64,000 nucleotides of DNA, taken from contig NIVC01003328.1 in assembly GCA_002269645.1 (NCBI GenBank), positions 39,884 through 103,883 on the forward strand, given 5' to 3'. This DNA comes from Macrostomum lignano. Lineage: Eukaryota. Below are positions 12,901-22,814 of the stretch, in pieces. The position numbers and the translations under genes are program-made. The notes under the pieces were generated by a model, which worked only from the letters and a program-made list of their open reading frames with translations, was not told the origin of the DNA and searched no databases. The first letter of the stretch is position 1; each line of letters begins with the position of its first letter.

Positions 12901-15142
12901 CACTCCGCTATTCTGCATGCCTTAAAAAATAAATCGGCACCGCTTTCTTCCCAGTAAATGGCGCCTCTATTAGAGCGATTTCCCCCGGAGCCTTATTGTG
13001 CACGGCGGGCTGGGTGCGGGGAAAACTGCGCGGAATATAAAAGATTAAGATTTCATGCCGGTCGGACAGAGCCTTCTCAGGCTGCTCAGTTTTGATTCCG
13101 CCACCACCTTGCCGGCCTGGCCGGATGCGGATTAATAATTCACTGAAGCCGGTCCGCGGCGCGAAGTAACAAGGCGCGCTAATCACTGGTAACTGGCGTG
13201 CGGACCGCAGCTTAAGGCTGAGAGAAGGGGGGAGAAATCACCGCGCCTTGCGTGATGCAGCTGAGAAGCTGAGTGCGCCTGTGCTGACTGTATTTGAAAC
13301 TCTTTTGGCAGCTTCGGGGCCTGATGCGGCCCGTCGCTTAATATCTGTCCGTCTATCCCTTCTTTCTTATGCTCTTCCTCTTCTGATTAAACTGCCTGAG
13401 GGCCTGTTTAGAATTGGGGTCGAAGGCAGAATCAGAGGGGAGGCTGGCTGCCGCATCACTTATTCATCGGCGACTCCGCCAGTTTCCCTTCTGTTCTGCC
13501 CCGTGTCTGTCTGAGCAGCTTTGCAAAGGTGGAAATGTCTTGATTTTGCGTCTCCCCAACCCTCTCGCAGGCTCCCTGTGCCTCTCATGCGCCATCAATT
13601 CTCCCGGTGAATGGGGTCGTAAAGCCGCCCCTCCATCCCAGAGGTAAAGGTGAGTTGGGGTCCTCCGAGGCCAGGAATGTGAGCAGTCCAAGGCAAGGAG
13701 CGCAGGCACAGTTTAAGTATCTTCGCTTGCTCTCAAATTATCAGCGCTTGTCCGGGTCGGACTAAACTGTCCGGTTTTGTTGGCCGCTTGGGACGGGACA
13801 AATCGGGCCTGTTATGCTTGTGCGGCTGGCCATTTTGCACTGGCGCTCAGGAGTGGCTGTCCAGTTTTACAACCGCAGCTTGTGCCTTTCTTGTCCTCCG
13901 GCTTTTGTACCGGCGCAAATGGCCGTTTCGGAGCATTTAATTAACCACAGTCTGTTTACTGCCGTGTCTCGGCTAACTCTTTGAGGTGAAACCTGCAGCT
14001 GCCCGGCCGCGTCTTGGGAAATTAGAGACCAAATCGAAGATTGAGATTGCGATTTGTGAGATCAGTCAGGAAGTGCCGCACAATGCATCTCGGGATGTAG
14101 TGGAGTCGAGCGAAAAAATATTTAAAAACATTTTGAGCTGAGTTACGTCCTCTGACTACGAGTAACCCTTGGGTTCAGCGATTAATTTTGTAACATATCG
14201 GCGCTTCTTAATTCAGCAAGGATTATTTTACGCAAAAGCCTTAGCCCAGGGCGTCTCTTCAAACCCTAAAAGTAGTTGACAAGTTGACAAAAAGTGATCC
14301 CTATTTGTTGTTTGATTATAATAGAGTCCCTTCCCAGCTCGCCTGCACTCCACCTGCAAGTATTTCTAGAACCCCATGGCAGAGCAGAAGCGAGCAGGCT
14401 GCTGTCAGGTCTAGCATTAGCAGCAGCATATGGGCTTTGCTGCATTCCATCGCAGAGGCAGGCCTGCAGCTCCTTAGTCGCCGAACTGCTGCTCCTAGAA
14501 GAACAATCGCTGCCCAGGATGCGGCCGGTTCGCCGCCCGACTCTCCGCTGCGCGCCGCAGTCGCAGGCTCTGGCAGCGGGCCGCCAACTTCTCCAGCCAG
14601 ATTGACGTGATAAATGACGCGGGGCCGGGGCAGGCCGCCATTCCGACCCGGGGATGAAGGGGAGAGGGGGGCGGCCTCCCGCCTGAAAGCGCCGAGGCCT
14701 CCTTGATGAAGTGGCCGCCTCCGCGCTTGGCTTCCTACAATCAATGCTCAAAGGAAACGACCTGCTTTGCGGGCCCATTGTGCCGGGCGCGCCCGCCTGC
14801 CTTCATGACCCCCGGCTCTGCTTTCCCTGTTCCCGGCCAGGCCTGTTGGCAGCTTCCATTGTTAGGCAGAGGCCGGCCTTTTTGCAGGTCGGGCCCCTAA
14901 TTAGCTTATTTTCATTTTTACATTGCATTGTAATTGTTCAGCTTTCGGTTCAGTTTGCTGTGTTGTTGCGCCCGCGAATTGCCGCGCCTTTCTGCGTTAT
15001 TTTTTTAACTAACCCTGCACATTTGCTTACTATTAGTAGCGACGCTAGGATATGTTTTTATTTTATAGATAATATATAAACTGTTTGGAAATAGGCGGGG
15101 GGTAGGCCTTATCTGCCCAGCTGTGCACACCGCACTGCAGGC

Positions 15143-15148
15143 TATAAA
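15143..15148 (+). promoter_or_regulatory. TATA box of SHMT; probable non-coding first exon to 15326 and 5'UTR intron 15327-15784
   Basis: GCTATAAATTGGCC, then donor GTGAGT at 15327 and acceptor TTTTCACTGCACAG ending at 15784, 11 nt before the ATG. Confidence 0.6.
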
Positions 15149-15375
15149 TTGGCCGTCCCCGCGCAGGCTTCTCTTCGTCTGTCCGCGTCTTCCTTTACGG
15201 GAAATCTCTTCTAATTCCGCCGGAGCCTGTTTCTGAGCTTGCTAAAAAACGGTTTTTTTAACTGGCTTTCTAATAGCCGCTGATTTCTCTCATAATTTTC
15301 CGCATTTCTTTATCTGCTGAATTTATGTGAGTACACTTCACTTTACTATAACCGAACTTTTAATCAATCAATAAG

Positions 15376-15624
15376 TCAGTCAGTCAGTCAGTCAGTCAGT
15401 CAGTCAGTCAGTCAGTCAGCCAGTCAGTCAGTCAGTCAGTCAGTCAGTCAGTCAGTCAGTCAGTCAGCCAGTCAGTCAGTCAGTCAGTCAGTCAGTCAGT
15501 CAGTCAGTCAGTCAGTCAGCCAGTCAGTCAGTCAGTCAGTCAGTCAGTCAGCCAGTCAGTCAGTCAGTCAGTCAGTCAGTCAGTCAGCCAGTCAGTCAGT
15601 CAGTCAGTCAGTCAGTCAGTCAGA
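15376..15624. repeat. (CAGT)n microsatellite with five CAGC interruptions, in the SHMT 5'UTR intron
   Basis: Directly visible. Confidence 0.97.
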
Positions 15625-15795
15625 CTCTGCTGCAAGAGCTGCTCGTGAATGAGTGAATCAACAGCGGATTTACTGAGGCCCGGCAGTCCCAGATAGTCCT
15701 GTTAATCACCCATTGGGCACGCGCTCCTTCTTAAAGCCCTGCAAGTCAATTCTACCTTGACCGCCACCGCTTTTCACTGCACAGAAGCCTGGGAG

Positions 15796-18700
15796 ATGAC
15801 CGCGCCGCTGTCCTCAGTTGACCCCGAGATGCACGCCATCCTGCGCCGGGAGCGCGAGCGCCAAATGAGCGGCCTGGAGATGATCGCCTCGGAGAATTTC
15901 ACCAGCGCCGCGGTGCAGCAGGCCCTGGCCTCCTGCATGACCAACAAGTACAGCGAGGGCCAGGTCGGCAACCGCTACTATGGCGGCAACGAGGTCGTGG
16001 ACGAGATGGAGTCCATGTGCAAATCCCGAGCTCTGCAGGTGTTCGGTTTGAAATCCGAGGAGTGGGGCGTCAATGTGCAGGTGGGCTGCTGCAGTAGTAT
16101 ACTGTGCTTACGGCATTGCAGTGGGATTTAAGAATTCAGCACTCCCTGTGGATTGTAGCATTTCCTGTGGATTGCAGCATTCCCTGTGGATTGCAGCATT
16201 CCCTGTGGATTGCAGCATTCCCTGTAGATTGCATCATTCCCTGTGGATTGTAGCATTTCCTGTGGATTGCATCATTCCCTGTAGATTGCAGCATTCCCTG
16301 TAGATTGCAGCATTCCCTGTAGATTTCATCATTCCCTGTGGATTGCATCATTCCCTGTAGATTGCATCATTCCCTGTGGATTGCATCATTCCCTGTAGAT
16401 TGCAGCATTCCCTGTAGATTGCATCATTCCCTGTGGATTGCAGCATTCCCTGTAGATTGCAGCATTCCCTGTAGATTGCATCATTCCCTGTGGATTGCAT
16501 CATTCCCTGTGGATTGTGTCATTCCCTGTGGATTGCATCATTCCCTGCAGATTGCATCATTCCCTGTGGATTGCAGCATTCCCTGTAGATTGCATCATTC
16601 CCTGCGGATGGCATCATTTCTTCCCTGCAGATTGCATCATTCCCTGTGGATTGTGTCATTCCCTGTGGATTGCATCATTCCCTGTGGATTGCAGCATTCC
16701 CTGTAGATTGCATCATTCCCTGCGGATGGCATCATTTCTTCCCTGCAGATTGCATCATTCCCTGTAGATTGCATCATTCCCTGTGGATTGCAGCATTTCC
16801 TGTAGATTGCATCATTCCCTGTGGATTGCAGCATTCCCTGTAGATTGCATCATTCCCTGTGGATTGTGTCATTCCCTGTGGATTGCATCATTCCCTGTGG
16901 ATTGCAGCATTCCCTGTAGATTGCATCATTCCCTGCGGATGGCATGATTTCTTCCCTGCAGATTGCATCATTCCCTGTAGATTGCAGCATTCCCTGTAGA
17001 TTGCATCATTCCCTGCGGATGGCATCATTTCTTCCCTGCAGATTACATCATTCCCTGTAGATTGCATCATTCCCTGTGGATTGCAGCATTCCCTGTAGAT
17101 TGCATCATTCCCTGTGGATGGCATCATTTCTTCCCTGCAGATTGCATCATTCCCTGTGGATTGCAGCATTCCCTGTAGATTGCATCATTCCCTGCGGATG
17201 GCATCATTTCTTCCCTGCAGATTACATCATTCCCTGTAGATTGCATCATTCCCTGTGGATTGTAGCATTTCCTGTGGATTGCATCATTTCCTGTGGATTG
17301 CATCATTCCCCTGTGTACATTGCATCATTCCCTGTGGTTTAAAGCATTCCCTGTGGATGGCATCATTTCTTCCCTGCAGATTGCATCATTCCCTGTGGAT
17401 TGCATCATTCCCTGTGCATTGCATCATTCCCCTGTGTACATTGCATCATTCCCTGTGGTTTAAAGCATTCTCTGTAGATTGCAGCATTCCTTTTGTCATC
17501 CCCTATAATACGTGTACGCAGAGCATCCCCTGTAGGCTCTCAAGAGTCGCCCCATCTTGGCTGCCGCATCCCGCAGGCCCTCTCCGGCTGCCCGGCCAAC
17601 TTCGCCGTGTACACCGCGCTGGTCGGGCCGCACGGCCGCATCATGGGCCTGGACCTGCCGGACGGCGGCCACCTCAGCCACGGCTTCCAGACGCCGGCCA
17701 AGAAGGTGTCGGCCACCTCGCTCTATTTCGAGTCCATGTGCTACAAGGTGAGAAGTCCTTGACTGTTGTCTCTGGACACGGTTTGCTGCTCATTGCTGCT
17801 CACATCTAATAATGGGTACTCACAGCTGTCTTAGCTACTCGTGGGTTTCACGGTTTCTCCTGGGTATTCACAGTTTAACAGTTTCTCAGGTATTCACAGT
17901 TTGTTATAGGTATTCACAGTTTTTCAGGTATTCACAGTTTCTCAGGTATTCACAGTTTCTCAGGTATTCACAGTTTTTCAGGTATTCACAGTTTCTCATG
18001 AGCATTCGCGGTTTCTCATGAACATTCTGCACGGTTTCTCAAGGGTATTCACAGTTTGACAGTTTCTCAGGTATTCACAGTTTCTCAGATATTCACAGTT
18101 TCTCATGAGCATTCGCGGTTTCTCATGAACATTCTGCACGGTTTCTCAAAAGTATTCACAGTTTGACAGTTTCTCAGGTATTCACAGTTTCTTAAGTATT
18201 CACAGTTTCTCAGGTATTCACAGTTTCTCAGGTATTCACAGTTTCTTATAGGTATTCACAGTTTCTTATGGCTACTCACGCTACTCACAGCTCGTCATTG
18301 CGCATCTCCCCAACCCACAGGTGGACCCGGTCACGGGGCTCATCGATTACGACGCCCTGGCGGCCAGCGCCCGCCTGTTCCGTCCCAAGCTGATCGTGGC
18401 CGGCATGAGCTGCTACTCGCAGCACTTGGACTACGCCCGCTTCCGGCAGATCTGCGACGAAGTCGGCGCCATCCTCATGGCCGACATGGCCCACGTGTCC
18501 GGCCTGGTGGCCGCCGGGGTGGTGCCCTCGCCCTTCGAGCACAGCGACATTGTCACCACCACCACGCACAAAAGCCTGCGCGGCCCGCGCTCCGCGCTTA
18601 TCTTCTACCGCAAAGGTAAACTTGGGCAACTTGTTTTCGATACATGTCGGAATCCCAGGCGTAGTGCTGAGCGCTGAAGCTGAAGCTGAAAGCTCCTCTA

Positions 18701-19916
18701 TTCGATTTCCCACTGCAGGCACGGTGATGCAGAAAGGCAAAGAGGTGCCGCTCACCTACGAGCAGCGCATCAACGAGGCCGTCTTCCCCGGACTGCAGGG
18801 CGGCCCCCACAACAACGCCATCGCAGCGGTGGCTGTGGCCCTCAAGCAGTGCATGTCGCCGGACTTCAAGGCTTATCAGCAGCAGGTGAGGCTCTGGTTC
18901 AGGTAGCTTTTTAAGCCCCCCCCCCCCCAGATACTCAGTTGCTGGGCCGCCACCCTCCCAGATCCCCAGTTGCCTTAATTCCACCCTCCCAGATCCCCAG
19001 TTGCCTTAATTCCACCCTCCCAGATCCCCAGTTGCCGGAAATCCACCTTCCCAGATCCCCAGTTGCCGGAAATCCACCCTCCCAGATCCCCAGTTGCCGG
19101 ACATCCACCCTCCCAGATCCCCAGTTGCCGGAAATCCACCCTCCCAGATCCCCAGTTGCCGGAAATCCACCCTTCCAGATCCCCAGTTGCCGGACATCCA
19201 CCCTCCCAGATCCCCAGTTGCCGGACATCCACCCTTCCAGATCCCCAGTTGCCGGACATCCACCCTCCCAGATCCCCAGTTGCCGGAAATCCACCCTTCC
19301 AGATCCCCAGTTGCCGGACATCCACCCTCCCAGATCCCCAGTTGCCGGACATCCACCCTTCCAGATCCCCAGTTGCCGGACATCCACCCTCCCAGATCCC
19401 CAGTTGCCGGGCCACATAGACAAACGCCGCCCACTTCCCCATCGCCCGCAGGTTCTGCTGAACGCCCAGGCGCTGGTGGCCCGACTGAAGGAGCTCGGCT
19501 ACTCCATCGTAACTGGCGGCACCGTCAACCACCTCTGCCTCGTGGACTTCCGGCCGCAGGGCGTCGAAGGCGCCCGGGTTGAGAAGTCGCTGGACCTGGT
19601 GGGCATCACCGCCAACAAGAACACCTGCCCCGGCGACCGCAGCGCCCTGCGCCCCAGCGGCCTCCGCCTGGGCACTCCGGCGCTGACCAGCCGCGGCCTG
19701 TGCGAGGCCGACATGCGCCGCGTTGCCGACTTCATCCACCAGGGCGTCCGGCTGGCCATCGACGCCGGAACCAAGCTGGCCGCACCCGGCCGGCTGGCCG
19801 ACTTTGAGCGGCTGCTGCGCGAGGACGCCGAGCTCGGGCCGCGCACCGCCGAGCTGCGCCGCCAGGTGCACGAGTTCGCCAAGGGCTTCGCCATGCCCGG
19901 CCTGGCCGAGTTCTGA
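15796..19916 (+). CDS. SHMT: Serine hydroxymethyltransferase, cytosolic type, ~460 aa; coding exons 15796-16080, 17577-17747, 18321-18615, 18719-18885, 19452-19916
   Basis: Motifs [46 protein letters not shown] (PLP lysine), [18 protein letters not shown] and [13 protein letters not shown]. All introns are GT-AG with matching phases; 1383 nt total. No mitochondrial presequence is visible. Confidence 0.97.
16137..17490. repeat. 19-bp intronic minisatellite GATTGCATCATTCCCTGT(G/A), with a recurring variant cassette GGATGGCATCATTTCTTCCCTGCAG
   Basis: About 70 units inside an SHMT intron. Confidence 0.95.
17860..18275. repeat. 18-bp intronic minisatellite GTATTCACAGTTTCTCAG with a ~107-bp higher-order duplication
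   Basis: Directly visible inside SHMT intron 17748-18320. Confidence 0.9.
18950..19410. repeat. 31-bp intronic minisatellite CCACCCTCCCAGATCCCCAGTTGCCGGA(C/A)AT
   Basis: About 15 units inside SHMT intron 18886-19451. Confidence 0.95.
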
Positions 19917-20862
19917 CCGCGAGCTTGAAACCCACGAAACCGCTGCGAAATGAACTCTGCTTTGCTAGTTTCCATAGTAACGGTGAATTCCCTGCCATAT
20001 CTCCAAACATTGCCCCCGGAATCCTGCGCCTGAGCACAAAGTGCCGAAGTGTCCAACAGCCTGTGGGATTCGCTGCGCCAGGCTGACTCCCCTAGCCACT
20101 GCACTGCACATGCCTCTGGTTAATTCTCTAATCTTATCCGCTTCCACTGAACTTTCCTACACAGTCTGTCTCTCTGATCCGGCGAACATTTGCTTATTGT
20201 TTTGTTAATTTCCACTAAATTTTTCGGGCCTGTCAGGTGCTGCGTTCTTGCCGCGGAGATTTTCCAGCCGGTTCGAATTTGCTCCGGCTATAAATAGCTG
20301 GCCGCAGCCCCGTGCCCGATAAGCCCAGCGGAGACTCCCGCTCTGCTCTCTGCCCCCCTGCCTGCCTCCCCTGTAGCGAAAAATTTTTTCTATCAGCGCC
20401 GACGGAATTTTCCTGTGCGCTCATTGCCTTGGAAAAAAATACTTAATAATGCCCAGTACAGGCTACTATTAGTAGGCTGCGGTTAAATACTTTATCTATT
20501 CAATACTGCTTGCGAGCGAGTGCGTGTTTACAGTTTAGCCTTATCAAATAATGTCAGTTCAGCAGAGCACTGCGACCTTTTCTGTTTTTTTTTCAAGTTG
20601 ATTTCACATTCAATCAGTTTCTTTTTGGACTCTGGCATCCTGATTTTGCATATCGATTTGAGCTTGACAATAAAACGCCGACTCCCTTAATCGTGTCTCG
20701 CGGCAATTCAACTGCTCCGTCTGGCAAGCGGGTGATTCTTATTTTCTACTAAAATGAACTCAAATTATTGCTTTGTTAATTAAACATAATTTTACTGTCT
20801 AGCTATATTTTTACATGCGTATGTTGAAGAAATGCAGGAAAACAGCAGCTGACAGACCGTGT

Positions 20863-21264
20863 CTACCAAAGTCTCTCGTCCGCATCGTATCGAGTCTGGT
20901 TCTTCTGGCTGAAGTGCAGCTGAAACTCCGTGTCGTTGAGCACAAACACCACCAGAGTGCGGCCATTCAGGTACTCGATGGGCCGGATGTAGGACGAGAT
21001 CAGTTCGGGAATCTCTATGAATTCAAACTGCTGCATGGTCTCCAGGCTCACGGTGCTGGCTGGCAGGCCGAACTTCTTGCCGTCTTTGTCATCATAGAAA
21101 ACCAAGATCTGCTTGCTGGGCTCAATCTGGAAGCGGTGATAGATCTTGCGCTTCAGATCCACCACCAAGTCTGTGGAGTAGAGCACCAGGCGGCCTGACT
21201 GAATGTGTTTAGCGTAGTTATGAGCTATGTTCAGCTCGATCAGGGTCACATTGATCATCGACAT
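20863..21264 (-). CDS. Small single-exon ubiquitin-like (beta-grasp) protein, ~133 aa from ATG 21264 (152 aa if ATG 21321 is used)
   Basis: The ORF has GC-rich third codon positions like the other genes. LVVDLKRKIYHRFQIEPSKQILVF resembles the Ubl helix1/QxL segment. There is no C-terminal GG. Confidence 0.65.
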   Translation of the reverse strand: MSMINVTLIELNIAHNYAKHIQSGRLVLYSTDLVVDLKRKIYHRFQIEPSKQILVFYDDKDGKKFGLPASTVSLETMQQFEFIEIPELISSYIRPIEYLNGRTLVVFVLNDTEFQLHFSQKNQTRYDADERLW

Positions 21265-21818
21265 CTTGATGGGTTCGTGGTTGACCTTTGATCTGTACAA
21301 GGTTGCTGATGAATTGAACACATACGTAGCAGCCGTAATTTACAGTGCTTCATCTGTCCTAGTAAAACAATAGAATTGCAGAAGTGCTAAAATTAATTGC
21401 CAAAAGTTGTCTATGGCCATAATGGTGTGTCAAAAACGATTTATCGTTGATAATGATGAACTTCTATAAATTACTCGTAGCATCTGTAGCGGAGAAATTC
21501 TATTCTTCACGTACATAAGTTTTCGAAATCGAAATTCGCGCTGTGCACAACGTTGCATGAGTTGCAACGTTGAAAAAAATAAAATGATGTTTTATTTAAC
21601 GTTGCAGACTTGCAATTAAAGTTATTCTGTTTAAAGGTATCGGTATTGCATAGATTGTTCCATAAATAAACTCCAACATATCCAACATAAACACATACTC
21701 CAACTCAAAAAAACTCCATAGGATGAAGGAATAAATTCATTAATCCAGGCAGCAAACTACAGCAATCTCCCATCTAGAACCTTTTCTTGGCGGGATGTCA
21801 GTAAAAGACAGTGATGGG

Positions 21819-22698
21819 CACCGCTAAATTTATTTTTAGCGCCGCTAATTAGCGCTATCGCTAACTGATAGAAGAAAATTTCTATTTTCGTTATTTCTAG
21901 CGCCGCTAATTTCTGCAAATTTCAAAATGCGCTATCTAATATAAACTGCCGTTTCACACGTATTTAAGCGTTTTTGCACATTTTTAACTGACACGTTTTA
22001 AATGAAAAAGCTAATAATGCTATTGCTAATAATTAGTTTTTATTATCAATCCTAATTTAAAAAAACCTCAAGCCGCTGAACTGTCAGAGAAACAGTTGGT
22101 AGAAAGATCAGTTCCTAAATTACAGCTGTTTGCCTTGAAAAACGTCAAGGGTCCTTGCTACCAGGGCCATGGCCTTCTTATACTCAAGAAGGAAGGCGAG
22201 ATCATCAGCTTGAAACGGTGGTACGGGATTTATTAACCCCACCATCACCCGGTTGATATACGTAGTCGCTTCGCATCATCGCTTAGAATATCAACTAAGT
22301 TGAACGTTGAATTCTTTGATTAAATTATTAAATTAAATTAAATTTATCAACAACTTTTGCTAACAAATTAAAGGTAGTAAGAAAACTTTTAAAAGTCAAT
22401 GACAAAAACAAGATTGATTGTTGATAACGAAAGCGAAAAAAAGAAATTCAAATTTCGTTTCGCATTTCTAAGAAAATTAGAAGCATATTAGAGATTTACT
22501 ATAGATTGATTTGCGTAATCTTTAATTTATTACTCAAATAGGGTCTCATTTTAAGTATTAAACAGTCATTAACCGTTTAGTTTTATAGCAAAAAAAATTA
22601 ATTTAGCGCAATTAGCGATTTTCAGAAAATATTAGCGGCGCTTTGATAGCGCGCCCTAATTGGAATTCAAATTTAGAGGCGCTAGTGGGCCATCACTG
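21819..22698. mobile_element. hAT-type non-autonomous element (MITE), ~880 bp
   Basis: TIRs CAGTGATGG...CCATCACTG; 8-bp TSD GTAAAAGA/GTACAAGA; subterminal (TAGCG) repeats. Confidence 0.85.
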
Positions 22699-22814
22699 GT
22701 ACAAGATGAACGTACATGTAATTAATTAATGGCGCGTCAATTGTACAGTAATTATAATTAATGAAAAAGATTTTGCAACTTGTGACAGCGCGATGAATTG
22801 TATGCTATATATAC

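Noticed and set aside
16073-19434. Cys/His- and Pro-rich ORFs over SHMT intron arrays
   Set aside because: They lie inside GT-AG introns whose removal gives a complete SHMT.
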